A DNA stretch of 64,000 nucleotides from Bacillota bacterium (GTDB lineage: Bacteria > Bacillota > Sulfobacillia > JAJZYS01 > JAJZLH01). The first letter of the stretch is position 1. Every line of letters starts with the position of its first letter. A program made the translations under genes and the position numbers. This document shows positions 10,105-20,516 of this stretch, piece by piece. The notes under the pieces are model-generated. The model was not told the origin of the DNA, did no database searches, and was given only the letters and a program-made list of their open reading frames with translations. The stretch is taken from NCBI GenBank assembly GCA_021850485.1, contig JAJZLY010000025.1:114249-178248 (forward strand). The letters run 5' to 3'.

Positions 10105-10698
10105 GTGAGGTCGATGCGCCTTTTCCCGATGATTCTAGGCGCCGCCTTGTTGGTATTGGTCTCCGGTTGCGGTGGTAGCGCCCCGGCAGCTTCCACCAAC
10201 CCACCCGCGAGCACAACGGCATCCAGCTGCACCCTGACCGTCAACATCACGCAGGCCGGCGGAACGGTGTGGGGCACGGTCACAGTGGTCGACGGCAGCG
10301 TGAACACGACCGTCACATCCGCTTCTCAACAGGTGTCGGTGCCCTGCAACTCCACCGCGACACTCAGTGAGGCGGCGGTCAGTTCGGCCACTTGGCCCTT
10401 CACCAACTGGACACTGAACGGCGACTCCGGTGCTTATTCGTCCACCACCAAGAGCGGAACGACCATCTCGGTCCCAGTTAAGGCCGCTACCAGTGTGACG
10501 GCCACCTACATCTTGAGTGCGGGCGGGTCTTCCGGCGGCTCGTCTGGATCGGGGGGCAGTTCTTACTCAAGCCAGTCCTCCGGGAGCAGCTCCGGAGCCA
10601 GTGCGGCTCCGCCCAGCAGTAGCTCTTCTGGCAGTTCCTCGTCGGGTAGCGGGTCCTCTAGTGGGTCATCTGGAGGATCGTCCTCGAGCGGTTGGTAA
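10105..10698 (+). CDS. Secreted lipoprotein with Ser/Gly-rich low-complexity tail
   Basis: Signal peptide plus lipobox (LLVLVSGC GG). The C-terminal ~60 aa are almost only S/G. GGAGG precedes the start. Confidence 0.6.
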   Translation: MRSMRLFPMILGAALLVLVSGCGGSAPAASTNPPASTTASSCTLTVNITQAGGTVWGTVTVVDGSVNTTVTSASQQVSVPCNSTATLSEAAVSSATWPFTNWTLNGDSGAYSSTTKSGTTISVPVKAATSVTATYILSAGGSSGGSSGSGGSSYSSQSSGSSSGASAAPPSSSSSGSSSSGSGSSSGSSGGSSSSGW

Positions 10699-10713
10699 GC
10701 TCAGCCTCGGCGG

Positions 10714-10757
10714 GAGGAGCCGGTAGCCCACCGGCTCCTCTGCACGCTTTCGTTTTG
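10714..10757 (+). terminator. Rho-independent terminator after the lipoprotein gene
   Basis: GGAGCCGGT-agccc-ACCGGCTCC stem-loop (10716-10738) followed by a T-rich stretch ctttcgttttg. Confidence 0.5.
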
Positions 10758-10950
10758 TCGAGATCAGTCGCCCTCCGCAGTCGGCGGCTGGCGTGGCGCC
10801 AAGGAAGACAAACCGTCTAGCGATGACGAGGACGGTGGGCGCGAGTTCGGGCGAAGCTTGGGCTCAAGGCAAAGCTGGACAGACACGAGCTGCCAGTGTG
10901 GCAGGACGTGTTGGCGAGGCGCGTGCTGGAAGGAGCATGGTCTCGCCCGC

Positions 10951-11820
10951 CTAGTCCCCACTCAGCCAGGACTTGGCCAAGGCGATTTCCGCCTCGTATT
11001 CCTTGATGTCCTCGACCGGCGTCTCCATCACCAGCGGCAAGGTGGACAACCACGGATGGCGCAGGATGTTCAAGATTCCCTGCTTGCCCAGGCTGCCCTG
11101 GCCCAGGTTCTGATGACGGTCCTTGTGGGAACCCAGCGGGAATTTGCTGTCGTTTAAGTGCATGGCTCGCACGCGGTCTCTGCCCACTGTCTGGTCGATG
11201 TCAAAGAGCAGCTGGTCGATGCCGTGGGCAGTCGTGAAGTCATATCCCTGACTGAAGAGGTGACAACTGTCCAAGCACACGCCCAAGGTGGGTGGCGCAC
11301 CGGCGCCGTCTAGGATCTGGGCCAGCTCAGCGAACGACGCCCCGATCTCGCTGCCCGAACCAGCCATCGTCTCGAGCAGCAACATGGTGGTCGAACTGGC
11401 GTGCGGCAGCGAATCTTTCAAAACGGCCACCACCCGCTCGATCCCGGCGGCCGCACCATCTCCCAGATGGCTGCCCGGATGCAGGCACATGTACTCGCCG
11501 GCAAAGCTCTCCACGCGTCGAAAGTCTTCGGCCACCACCATCCGGGCGAAGCCCTGGACCGAGGTCTTGTTTCCAGCCAAATTGACGGTGTACGGCATGT
11601 GGCCGACCGTCGGGCCGATGGCGTAGGTCTGGCGTGCCGTCTGCCAGGCGGCGACCTCCTCGGCCGGAATCTGGCGGGCGCTGCCACCTCTCGGGTTTCT
11701 GGTGAAATAGGCGAAGGTGTTGGCACCAAGGCTAGCCGCCGTCTCAGCGGCCTCCGGCAAACCGGCGCTGATGCTCAGGTGCGCTCCCAGCCACATCTTA
11801 TGGCGCCTCCGGATAGTCAA
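10951..11820 (-). CDS. nfo: Endonuclease IV (AP endonuclease, Nfo)
   Basis: 289 aa, WLGAHLSISAG..., HPGSHLG, VCLDSCHLF, HLNDSK metal-ligand motifs of the Nfo/xylose-isomerase-like TIM barrel. Confidence 0.85.
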   Translation of the reverse strand: MTIRRRHKMWLGAHLSISAGLPEAAETAASLGANTFAYFTRNPRGGSARQIPAEEVAAWQTARQTYAIGPTVGHMPYTVNLAGNKTSVQGFARMVVAEDFRRVESFAGEYMCLHPGSHLGDGAAAGIERVVAVLKDSLPHASSTTMLLLETMAGSGSEIGASFAELAQILDGAGAPPTLGVCLDSCHLFSQGYDFTTAHGIDQLLFDIDQTVGRDRVRAMHLNDSKFPLGSHKDRHQNLGQGSLGKQGILNILRHPWLSTLPLVMETPVEDIKEYEAEIALAKSWLSGD

Positions 11821-12661
11821 AGAAGCCCGCTCCCGCCTTCTTTCCGACCCGCCCGGCCCGCACCAGCCGGCGCATCTCGACTGGTGGTGCGTATTCGGGC
11901 AATCCGAACTCCCGCTGAAAATAATCCATCACGTCGAGGCAGACGTCGACTCCGGTGAAGTCGAGCAGGGTCAACGGACCCATCGGATGATTGAGGCCGA
12001 GCCGGATGGCGGTGTCGATATCCTCTGCAGATGCCAATCCCTCAGCGTAGACCTTCACCGCTTCGGCCAAAAACGGCATCAGGATGCGGTTGACGATGAA
12101 TCCCGGACTGTCCTTTTTGACCTCGATGGCGGTCTTCCCCATCGTCTCGGCCAGGTCTTTCGCCCGTTGCACAGTCTGATCCGAGCTGCCCAGGCCGCGA
12201 ATCACCTCGACCAGTTTCATCACCACCGGCGGGTTGAAAAAGTGCATGCCGACCACGCGTCTTGGGTCGCGCACGGAGGCGGCCAGCTGCGTGATCGAGA
12301 TCGAAGACGTGTTGGTGGCGATCACCGCAGTTGCCGCCAGATGCGCATCGAGCGCTTTGAAGACAGCCTGCTTCACCTCCACCCGCTCCACCACCGCTTC
12401 GATGGCAAAGCTCGCCCCCGCGGCACCAGCAGCAATGTCGGCCACCGGGTGAATGCTGGCGATCAGGGCCTTGGCTTCGTCAGCGCTGAGCCGGCCCTTG
12501 TCCACAGCCCGCTGGTTGAGCTGGCGAATGCGGTCGAGACCTCGGGTCACCTGGGACGGGTCTTGATCGGTCAACCGTACACTCAGCCCGCTCTGGGCGG
12601 CCAGATGGGCGATGCCACTGCCCATCTGCCCGGCTCCCACCACCAACAGCGTCTCTGCCAT
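11798..12661 (-). CDS. hbd: 3-hydroxybutyryl-CoA dehydrogenase
   Basis: ATG at 12661 preceded by AGGAGG. VVGAGQMGSGIA Rossmann motif and 3HCDH C-terminal domain. The ORF extension to 12871 overlaps the thiolase and is not protein-like. Confidence 0.85.
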   Translation of the reverse strand: MAETLLVVGAGQMGSGIAHLAAQSGLSVRLTDQDPSQVTRGLDRIRQLNQRAVDKGRLSADEAKALIASIHPVADIAAGAAGASFAIEAVVERVEVKQAVFKALDAHLAATAVIATNTSSISITQLAASVRDPRRVVGMHFFNPPVVMKLVEVIRGLGSSDQTVQRAKDLAETMGKTAIEVKKDSPGFIVNRILMPFLAEAVKVYAEGLASAEDIDTAIRLGLNHPMGPLTLLDFTGVDVCLDVMDYFQREFGLPEYAPPVEMRRLVRAGRVGKKAGAGFFDYPEAP

Positions 12662-12686
12662 GCCGATTCCTCCTGTCCGCATCGGC

Positions 12687-13835
12687 TCAGCCCTCGCCTC
12701 GCTCCACCACCATGGCGATGCCCTGGCCGCCACCGATGCACAAGGCGGCGACGCCGAACTTCTGTTGGCGGCGGCGAAGCTCGTAGAGCAGCGTGAGCAA
12801 CAGCCGGGCACCGCTGGCACCGACCGGATGGCCCAGTGCAATGGCACCGCCGTTGACGTTGGTCTGCTCACGAGGCAGCCCCAGCAGCCGTTCCACCCCC
12901 AGATACTGAGCGGCGAAGGCCTCGTTCACCTCGAACAGGTCGATGTCGGTCACAGCGAGATGCGCCCTTGCCAAGGCAAGCTGAATGGCGCTGACCGGGC
13001 CAAGCCCCATCCGGGTGGGGTCGACGCCGACCACCGCCCAGCTGCGAATTGAGCCCAGCGCCGGGCGGCCGGCTGCCTTCAGGCCGGCGTCAGTGGTCAG
13101 CACCACGGCGCTGGCGCCGTCGTTGATGCCAGATGCGTTGCCGGCCGTGACCCGTCCACCTTGGCGGAAGGCCGGCTTGAGGCTGGCCAGTTTCTCGACT
13201 GAGGTGACGCGCGGGTGTTCATCCGCGGTGACCTCGCCGACTGGCACGATCTCGGCGGCAAAACGCTCCCTAGCCGCTAGGGCCCGCTGATGCGACAGCA
13301 GGGAGAATTCGTCTTGCTCCTGGCGGCTGATCTGCAAGTCGTCGGCGATATTCTCTGCCGTCTCAGCCATTGAGCAGCCGCAGTCCACGTCGGTCAGGCA
13401 ATCCCAAAGACTGTCCCCGACCTGGCCGCCGCCTAGGCCCCAGCCCTCTCTGGTGCCACGCAGCACATGCGGCGCCTGAGACATCGACTCTGTGCCGCCC
13501 GCCACCGCCCACTCGGCCTCATTGCCGAGCAGCGCCTGTGCGGCGCTGACCACCGCTTGCAGGCCAGAGCCGCACAGCCGGTTCACAGTCAACGCCGGTG
13601 CGGCCACCGGTAAGCCCGCTCTCAGTGCCACATGGCGGGCCAGGTACACGGCGTCCGCAGACGACTGGATGACATTCCCGAACACCACTGCTCCGACCCG
13701 CTGTGGATCCACTTCGGCTCTGGCCACCGCAGTGCGCGCCACGATCGTACCGAGATCTACGGCCGACACGCGCTTGAGCCCGCCCATGAACCTGCCAAAG
13801 GGCGTGCGCGCCCCATCCACCACATGAATCGTCAC
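12687..13835 (-). CDS. Acetyl-CoA acetyltransferase (thiolase II)
   Basis: 382 aa with [12 protein letters not shown] active-site Cys, [21 protein letters not shown] and LCIGGGQG thiolase signatures. Confidence 0.9.
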   Translation of the reverse strand: MTIHVVDGARTPFGRFMGGLKRVSAVDLGTIVARTAVARAEVDPQRVGAVVFGNVIQSSADAVYLARHVALRAGLPVAAPALTVNRLCGSGLQAVVSAAQALLGNEAEWAVAGGTESMSQAPHVLRGTREGWGLGGGQVGDSLWDCLTDVDCGCSMAETAENIADDLQISRQEQDEFSLLSHQRALAARERFAAEIVPVGEVTADEHPRVTSVEKLASLKPAFRQGGRVTAGNASGINDGASAVVLTTDAGLKAAGRPALGSIRSWAVVGVDPTRMGLGPVSAIQLALARAHLAVTDIDLFEVNEAFAAQYLGVERLLGLPREQTNVNGGAIALGHPVGASGARLLLTLLYELRRRQQKFGVAALCIGGGQGIAMVVERGEG

Positions 13836-14320
13836 TTAGATCCTTCCTTCCGCTGGCTCAGCCGCACCTGGCGACGCTTCTGGGCATCGCTGAAGGCCTG
13901 CCGGTCTTGGTCTGTAACCAAAGTCAGAGCCGGCACCGGGATCGGGCGCAGATCCCGATCCACCGCCACAAACGACAAAAAGGCACGATTGGTCAGCTCC
14001 CGGGCCCCGCTCAGCAGCTGCTCCGACCACACCTCGACCGAGACCTCCAGCGAGGTTCGGCCCACCCAGTCCACCTGCGCTTGCAAGAGCACCGCCATGC
14101 CCTCTCTGATCGGCCGCTGGAAGGTCAACTGGTCGATCGCCACCGTCACCACATAGGAATGCGAATGCCGAATCGCCGCCATCGAGGCGGCCATATCGAT
14201 CCAGGCCACCATCTGGCCTCCGAACAACGAACCCAGAGAGTTGGTGTGCATCGGCATCACCATCTGCACCATCTCCACGCGGGACGCACCCGGCGTGCCT
14301 GGGGTACCGGCGTCTGCCAT
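13832..14320 (-). CDS. Acyl-CoA thioesterase (hotdog fold, YciA/BFIT-like)
   Basis: 162 aa, MPMHTNSLGSLFGGQMVAWIDMA motif typical of hotdog acyl-CoA thioesterases. 4-nt overlap with the thiolase gene. Confidence 0.7.
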   Translation of the reverse strand: MADAGTPGTPGASRVEMVQMVMPMHTNSLGSLFGGQMVAWIDMAASMAAIRHSHSYVVTVAIDQLTFQRPIREGMAVLLQAQVDWVGRTSLEVSVEVWSEQLLSGARELTNRAFLSFVAVDRDLRPIPVPALTLVTDQDRQAFSDAQKRRQVRLSQRKEGSK

Positions 14321-14323
14321 CTG

Positions 14324-14893
14324 CTATCCCTCCTTGGGTCTGGTCAGAGGCACCGCCTGGGCACACAGCGGACACTCTTCGGCTGGCCACTGGTTGACCG
14401 CAAGCGACCAGGCGGCCCGAAACGGCACGCCAAAGGTGGCTTGGCCAGCACTGCGATCGGCCACTGCCGCCACTCCCACCACCTGCGCCGGTTGGCCGCG
14501 CAAATGGTCGAGCACTTTTTGTACCGAGCCACCAGTGGAGACCGCGTCCTCCACCACCAGTACGCGTTCGCCCGCCGCCAGCCGAAACCCTCGCTTCAGG
14601 GCCATACCGGCATCTGACTTCTCGGTGAACAGCGCCCGGGCGCCCAGTGCCGCCGCCACCTCGTAGGCCAAGATGACGCCGCCCATAGCCGGGCCGACCA
14701 CAGCCTGCGGCTGCTCTTGGCGAAAGAGATCAGCCACGGCAGCGCCCAACAGCCGGCCCCAGGCCGGCCGTTCGAAGGCCCGGGCCATGATCAAGAACTG
14801 GTCGCTGTGCAGCCCGGAGGTGAGCAGGAAGTGGCCGCGCAACCAGGCGCCGCTGGCGATCAAGATCTCCGGCACGGTGCCAGATTCACTCAC
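14324..14893 (-). CDS. pyrE: Orotate phosphoribosyltransferase
   Basis: 189 aa, GHFLLTSGLHSDQF and PRPP-binding VLVVEDAVSTGGS. Last gene of the pyr cluster. Confidence 0.85.
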   Translation of the reverse strand: MSESGTVPEILIASGAWLRGHFLLTSGLHSDQFLIMARAFERPAWGRLLGAAVADLFRQEQPQAVVGPAMGGVILAYEVAAALGARALFTEKSDAGMALKRGFRLAAGERVLVVEDAVSTGGSVQKVLDHLRGQPAQVVGVAAVADRSAGQATFGVPFRAAWSLAVNQWPAEECPLCAQAVPLTRPKEG

Positions 14894-15621
14894 AGGCCCA
14901 CCTCCTGAGCTTGCCGCAGTCTAGCCTGAGGATCAGCCGCCGCCGTGATCGGCCGGCCGATCACCAGCTGGGTTGCCCCCGCCAGCAGCGCCTGCGCCGG
15001 ATCCATGGTGCGGCGCTGGTCGCCGGGGTCATCGCCGCTGAAGCGAATGCCGGGCGTCACGATGTCGAAGGCCTCCGGAGCCATTTGCCGCACCATCTTC
15101 GCCTCCACACCAGAGGCCACCACACCATCGCAACCAGCCGCCCGGGCTAACCTGGCCAAGCGGCGGACACTGGTTTCAGGGGAATCCTGATAGCCGATCT
15201 CGCCCCACAGCTGATCGTCCAACGAGGTGAGCACCGTCACCGCCCAGACCTTGGTCCCCTGACCGTGCGCCGCTGCTACTGCCGCCTCCAGCATCGGCCG
15301 CCCGCCTTGGGCGTGCACGGTGACGGCGTCTGCACCGCAAGACGCCAGTTGCGCGGTCGCCCGGCTCACCGTCTGCGGGATATCGTGGAGTTTGAGGTCC
15401 ACCATCACCTTCAGGCCGGCACCTTTCAGCCGGGTAATGGCCTGGGGGCCAGCTTGAGAAAATAACTCCAAGCCAACTTTGACCCAGCGCAAGTCCGGGC
15501 CAAGACGCCCGATCAGGCCCTCCGCCAGCTCCCAACTAGCCACGTCCAGCGCAACGATCACCCGCTCACGAACGTCCACGGCCGTCTCTCCTCTCGCGCT
15601 CTTGGCGGACCGCCCTGCCAA
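14890..15621 (-). CDS. pyrF: Orotidine 5'-phosphate decarboxylase
   Basis: VIVALDV..., VKVGLELF, DLKLHDIPQTV, LVIGRPIT motifs. The true start is probably a GTG near 15573-15579, because the long form overlaps pyrD by 56 nt. Confidence 0.85.
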   Translation of the reverse strand: MAGRSAKSARGETAVDVRERVIVALDVASWELAEGLIGRLGPDLRWVKVGLELFSQAGPQAITRLKGAGLKVMVDLKLHDIPQTVSRATAQLASCGADAVTVHAQGGRPMLEAAVAAAHGQGTKVWAVTVLTSLDDQLWGEIGYQDSPETSVRRLARLARAAGCDGVVASGVEAKMVRQMAPEAFDIVTPGIRFSGDDPGDQRRTMDPAQALLAGATQLVIGRPITAAADPQARLRQAQEVGL

Positions 15622-16507
15622 CCGCTTCGTCCACGGTCTGGTAGCCGGCTGTGCTCAGGGCCGCAGGTAACTCGTCAATGATCCGCAGCGCCGTCCACGG
15701 ATCTCGAAACAAAGCCGTACCAACCGCCACCGCCCCGGCACCAGCCTGCAGGAAGCTGACGGCATCTTGGGCGGTGGCGATGCCGCCCATCCCGATCAGG
15801 TCCACCGGCAAGGCGGCCGCGACCTCCAGCACAAAGCGCAGCGCGATCGGCCGGATGGCCGGTCCGGACAGGCCGCCGGTCCGATTACCCAGAACCGTCT
15901 GACCGCTGTTGCGGTCGATGGCCACGCCCAATACAGTGTTAATCAAAGATAGTGCATCTGCCCCAGCCTCCACCGCCGCGCGGGCGTACGGCAGCGGGCC
16001 ACTGGTATTGGGCGAGAGCTTGACGATCAAGGGCAGTGCGGTCACCTTGCGCACGGCGCTGACCAGGCCAAACAGGGCTCGCTCATCCGTGCCGAAGACC
16101 AGGCCATCGGCGATGTTGGGGCAAGAGACGTTCAGCTCGACCGCGCCGACTCCGGCCGCAGTGACCGCCTCAGTGACCGCCACATACTCGGCCACCGAGT
16201 GGCCGACCACGTTCACCACCACCGCCGTGTCAAAACGGCGCAGCCAGGGCCAGTCCACGTCTAAGAAGTGCTGCAAGCCCGGGTTTTGCAGACCAATCGC
16301 ATTGAGCATGCCCGACTCCGTCTCAGCGACGCGCACGCCTGCATTCCCAGCCCAGGGCGTCACTGACACCCCCTTGACCATGATGCCGCCCAGCCGAGAC
16401 AGATCAAACAGCGGTGCGAACTCCCGGCCGTAGCCGAAGGTGCCAGAGGCGACCAGCACCGGGTTCTTCAAGCTCAGGCCGCCGACCGACACCGCCTGTG
16501 CGCTCAA
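15566..16507 (-). CDS. pyrD: Dihydroorotate dehydrogenase B, catalytic subunit
   Basis: LKNPVLVASGTFGYG, NVSCPN, GIATAQDA motifs. TTG start at 16507 overlaps the pyrK TGA (TTGA) and is preceded by GAAGAGGTGA. Confidence 0.85.
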   Translation of the reverse strand: MSAQAVSVGGLSLKNPVLVASGTFGYGREFAPLFDLSRLGGIMVKGVSVTPWAGNAGVRVAETESGMLNAIGLQNPGLQHFLDVDWPWLRRFDTAVVVNVVGHSVAEYVAVTEAVTAAGVGAVELNVSCPNIADGLVFGTDERALFGLVSAVRKVTALPLIVKLSPNTSGPLPYARAAVEAGADALSLINTVLGVAIDRNSGQTVLGNRTGGLSGPAIRPIALRFVLEVAAALPVDLIGMGGIATAQDAVSFLQAGAGAVAVGTALFRDPWTALRIIDELPAALSTAGYQTVDEAVGRAVRQERERRDGRGRS

Positions 16508-17283
16508 AGCGTCACCTCTTCGGCCAAAAAGGTCGGCCCCTCCTGGCACACCCGCAGGTATCGGCCATAGGCACCCAAGGTCGGATCAGGGTGAGCGGCC
16601 TCCACCGTACAGCCGAGACAGGCGCCAAAACCGCAGGCCATGTGCGCCTCCAGGGTCAGGTAGGTGGGCACGCTGCGTCCTGAGGCCCAATGCTGGACGG
16701 CCCTCAGCATGCCTACGGGTCCACAGGCGTAGACGGTTTTGGCCGCGTCCGAAAGCACATCTGCGGCCGCCGCCCGCCTGCCGGCACTGCCGTCGTTGGT
16801 CGTGACCAGACACTCGTCTACCGCCTGGGCAAAGGCCTCCACCGCCAGCAACTCCGCGCTGGTGCGGGCGCCGATCACTGCCACCACACGGTGGCCGCTC
16901 TGACGCAGGGTCAGCGCCCAGTCGTAGAGCGGCGGCACACCCACACCGCCGCCGACCAGCCATACCTCACCCGGTGCAGGGTCGCGGTAGGGACGACCCA
17001 GTGGACCGAGCACGCGCAGGCGGCTGTCCGGCATCAGGCCTGCCAGATGGCGGGTCCCGCTTCCGGTTGTCTTGAAGAGCACCGAAATGGTGTCGGTCGA
17101 ACGCCGGAAATAACTCATCGGCCGCGCCAGATAGGGTGCTCCCGCCGCCTCGGACAAGAGCATCACGAACTGGCCAGGGCGCAGGGCTGTGGCCAGGCTT
17201 GGTGCCTCGAGCACCAGTTCACACACCCCCGGCGCTACCGTCAGCCGCTCCAGCACGCGGACCGTCTCTTGGCTGACGCTCAT
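16504..17283 (-). CDS. pyrK: Dihydroorotate dehydrogenase B, electron-transfer subunit
   Basis: 259 aa FNR-like fold with the C-terminal 2Fe-2S motif CGFGACLGC...C. Sits between carB and pyrD as in Bacillus. Confidence 0.8.
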   Translation of the reverse strand: MSVSQETVRVLERLTVAPGVCELVLEAPSLATALRPGQFVMLLSEAAGAPYLARPMSYFRRSTDTISVLFKTTGSGTRHLAGLMPDSRLRVLGPLGRPYRDPAPGEVWLVGGGVGVPPLYDWALTLRQSGHRVVAVIGARTSAELLAVEAFAQAVDECLVTTNDGSAGRRAAAADVLSDAAKTVYACGPVGMLRAVQHWASGRSVPTYLTLEAHMACGFGACLGCTVEAAHPDPTLGAYGRYLRVCQEGPTFLAEEVTL

Positions 17284-20200
17284 CTTGGTTCACCCGCCCT
17301 CGTGCCCGGCAACTGGGCGAGATAGTCCTGCAGGGCCAGCGTACGCGGCCTGCGGTCCCAGGACAGGGCGTGCAGCACCGCCCGCACCGTGTCCAGCGAC
17401 GTGATGCAGGCGACGCCGTGCTCGACCGCTGCCCGCCGGATGCGAAAGCCGTCGCGCTCTGGCTTGTGGCCGCGGGTGATGGTGTTCACCACCAGGGACA
17501 CCTGCTGACTGGCGATCAAATCCAAGATGTCCGGGTGGCCGTCGCCGATCTTGGCCACCCGCTCCACCTCCACACCACGCTGCTCTAGTGCGCTGGCCGT
17601 CCCGCCCGTGGCCAACAGCCGAAAACGGCGCGCCGCCAGTTCCTCGGCCAGCGCCACCACCTCTTCCTTGTCCCGATCCGCCACCGTCAGCAAGATGGCC
17701 GAACCCTCTGCCACGGCAAATCCTGATGCCTCGAAGGCCTTGACGAGAGCCCCTTCGAACGTTGCATCCAGACCCAGCACCTCACCTGTCGACTTCATCT
17801 CCGGGCCGAGTGCTGCATCCACCGCTCCCAGTTTGGCCCAAGAGAACACCGGCACCTTTATGCCCACGTGCATGGGCTCAGGCCAGATGCCGCCGGGCAC
17901 TTGGTGGTCGCTGAGCCGATCGCCCATCATCAGGTGGGTGGCTAGTTCTGCCAGTTTGATGCCTGCCACTTTCTCCAGAAAAGGGATGGTGCGGCTGGCC
18001 CGGGGGTTGGCTTCGATCACCAAGATCTCGCCGTCTGAGACCACGAACTGGACGTTGAGCAGCCCCTTCACGCCCAGCCCCACGGCAATGCGGCGGGTGA
18101 TCTCCGCCACCTGTTCTTTTTGGGCCTGGCTCAACGAGTGGGCCGGATAGACGGCCATGGAGTCTCCCGAATGCACCCCGGCTCGCTCGATGTGCTCCAT
18201 GATGCCGGCGATCAGCACCTTTTCGCCGTCGGACAGGGCGTCCACCTCGACCTCGATGCCGGCGCAGTACTGGTCGACGAGCAGGGCCTTGAGTTGACCG
18301 GCTGCGGCCATGGCGTCTAGGTAGGCGCTCAGCTCCTGGGGGTCGTAGGCGATCTGCATGGCCCGGCCGCCGAGCACGAACGAGGGCCGGACCAAGACCG
18401 GGTAGCCGATCATCTGGGCGGCAGCGAGCGCCTCCTCCCGGCTATCCACAGCCCGGCCCAAGGGCCGCCGGATGTCCAGGCCAGCGAGCAAGGCGTCAAA
18501 CTGGCCGCGATCCTCCGCTGCCCACAGTCCGGCCAGCGGTGTCCCCAGAATCCGGATGCCAGCCTGCTCCAAGCGGGCGGCCATATTCAGGGCAGTCTGG
18601 CCACCGAACTGCACCAAAACGCCGCTCACCTGTTCGTGGCTACACACCTCCAGCACGTCTTCCAACGTGACCGGCTCGAAGAACAGGCGGTCTGACTCGG
18701 AAAAGTCGGTGGACACTGTCTCCGGATTCGAGTTCACGATCAGGCCGCGCACCCCCCGCTGGCGCAGTGCGCTGAGGGCGTGCACCGTCGAGAAGTCGAA
18801 CTCGATGCCCTGCCCGATCCGGATCGGCCCTGAACCGATCACCAGCACCCGCTCTCCAACCAACTCCTCGGCCTCGTCTTGTTGGTCGTAACAGGCGTAG
18901 AAGTAGGGCGTCTTGGCCAAGAACTCGCCGGCACAGGTGTCGACCATCTTGTACACCGGGTGGACACCGCTCGCCCAGCGAGCGGCCCGCACTGTTGCCT
19001 CGTCGATGCCCCAGCACTCGGCCAGGCGGCGGTCGGCGTATCCCTGACGCTTGAGCGTGTGCCAAGTGGCGGCTGACATCTCAGCCAAGGGCGGCAGGGA
19101 CTGCTCGCCCGCAACCAGCGCCCTGATCTCTTCCAGAAAGTAGGGCCGGATCCGGCTCAGCTGGGCCACTTGGTCCAGGTCCCAATTCCGGCGAAAGGCC
19201 GCGGCTACGGCAAACAGGCGATGGTCGTCTGGCTCAGACAGCGCCTGGGCCAAACTGCGATCGTCCAATGCCTCCACCTGCCAGGCAAAAAGGCCACACT
19301 GGCCCGCTTCCAAGGCCCGGATCGCCTTTTGCAGGGCACCGCCGAAACTGCGGTCGATGGCCATCACTTCTCCGGTGGCCTTCATCTGGGTACCAAGCCG
19401 GCGATCCGCCTGCACAAACTTGTCAAACGGCCAGCGCGGGATCTTCACCACCACGTAGTCGAGGGCTGGCTCAAAACAGGCTGTGGTCTCACCGGTCACC
19501 GGGTTGGTCAGCTCGGCCAGGGTATAGCCAATGGCGATCTTAGCCGCCATCCGGGCGATCGGGTAGCCGGTGGCCTTCGAGGCCAGGGCGCTGGAACGGC
19601 TGACCCGCGGGTTGACCTCGATCACCCGGTACTCTGAGCTTGCTGGCTGCAGCCCGAATTGCACGTTGCAGCCGCCTTCCACCTTCAGGGCATGGACGAT
19701 GGAGAGGGCGGCCGAGCGCAGCAGCTGGTAGTGGTGGTCGGTCAAGGTCAGGCTGGGGGCGACCACGATCGAATCTCCGGTGTGCACCCCCACCGGGTCG
19801 ATGTTCTCCATGTTGCAGACGGTGATGGCGTTGCCGGCGCTGTCGCGCATCACCTCGTACTCCACCTCGATCCAGCCGGCGATCGACTCTTCGATCAGGC
19901 ACTGATGGATCGGGCTCAGTGCCAATCCGCGGCCCAAAACCTCAGCCAGCTCCTGCGGCTGGTCTGCGAAGCCGCCACCGGTTCCCCCTAAGGTATAGGC
20001 CGGGCGGACGATCACCGGGTAGCCGATGGTGGCCGCGAATTGCTGACCGGCCGCCACCGACTCCACCACCAGACTCCTCGGGATCGGCTGACCGATCTCC
20101 AGCATCAGTTGCCGGAATGCTTGGCGGTCTTCGGCCTGGCGGATGGCGGCCAGATTGGTGCCAAGAAGGCGGATGTTCAGGGCCTCCAGCACACCTGCCT

Positions 20201-20516
20201 CCGCCAGGCCAACCGCCAAATTGAGCCCCATCTGCCCGCCCAGGGTGGCGATCAGGCCGTCTGGCCGCTCGCGCTCCAAGACCCGGCTGACCGAGGGCAC
20301 CGTCAGCGGCTCCAAGTAGACCCGGGCGGCCATCTCCGGGTCGGTCATGATGGTGGCCGGGTTGGAGTTGATCAACACCACCTCCACCCCCTCCTCGGCC
20401 AGGGCGCGACAGGCCTGGGTACCGGCGTAGTCAAACTCGGCGGCCTGCCCGATCACGATCGGTCCAGAGCCGATCACCGCCACCTTGCGCAGCCTGTGAT
20501 CACGCACGGCGGCCAC
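17280..20516 (-). CDS. carB: Carbamoyl-phosphate synthase large subunit
   Basis: KVAVIGSGPIVIGQAAEFDYAGTQA start region and duplicated ATP-grasp halves. GTG at 20516 chosen because the ORF extension to 20810 lies inside carA. Confidence 0.9.
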   Translation of the reverse strand: MAAVRDHRLRKVAVIGSGPIVIGQAAEFDYAGTQACRALAEEGVEVVLINSNPATIMTDPEMAARVYLEPLTVPSVSRVLERERPDGLIATLGGQMGLNLAVGLAEAGVLEALNIRLLGTNLAAIRQAEDRQAFRQLMLEIGQPIPRSLVVESVAAGQQFAATIGYPVIVRPAYTLGGTGGGFADQPQELAEVLGRGLALSPIHQCLIEESIAGWIEVEYEVMRDSAGNAITVCNMENIDPVGVHTGDSIVVAPSLTLTDHHYQLLRSAALSIVHALKVEGGCNVQFGLQPASSEYRVIEVNPRVSRSSALASKATGYPIARMAAKIAIGYTLAELTNPVTGETTACFEPALDYVVVKIPRWPFDKFVQADRRLGTQMKATGEVMAIDRSFGGALQKAIRALEAGQCGLFAWQVEALDDRSLAQALSEPDDHRLFAVAAAFRRNWDLDQVAQLSRIRPYFLEEIRALVAGEQSLPPLAEMSAATWHTLKRQGYADRRLAECWGIDEATVRAARWASGVHPVYKMVDTCAGEFLAKTPYFYACYDQQDEAEELVGERVLVIGSGPIRIGQGIEFDFSTVHALSALRQRGVRGLIVNSNPETVSTDFSESDRLFFEPVTLEDVLEVCSHEQVSGVLVQFGGQTALNMAARLEQAGIRILGTPLAGLWAAEDRGQFDALLAGLDIRRPLGRAVDSREEALAAAQMIGYPVLVRPSFVLGGRAMQIAYDPQELSAYLDAMAAAGQLKALLVDQYCAGIEVEVDALSDGEKVLIAGIMEHIERAGVHSGDSMAVYPAHSLSQAQKEQVAEITRRIAVGLGVKGLLNVQFVVSDGEILVIEANPRASRTIPFLEKVAGIKLAELATHLMMGDRLSDHQVPGGIWPEPMHVGIKVPVFSWAKLGAVDAALGPEMKSTGEVLGLDATFEGALVKAFEASGFAVAEGSAILLTVADRDKEEVVALAEELAARRFRLLATGGTASALEQRGVEVERVAKIGDGHPDILDLIASQQVSLVVNTITRGHKPERDGFRIRRAAVEHGVACITSLDTVRAVLHALSWDRRPRTLALQDYLAQLPGTRAGEPR

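Noticed and set aside
10520-10690. Ser/Gly-coding low-complexity DNA, considered as a possible tandem-repeat or contingency locus
   Set aside because: No exact unit repeat is visible. It is in frame as the tail of the lipoprotein ORF and most simply encodes a flexible linker.
11717-12796. 359-aa plus-strand ORF
   Set aside because: Antisense shadow of hbd and the nfo start. No motifs and skewed composition.
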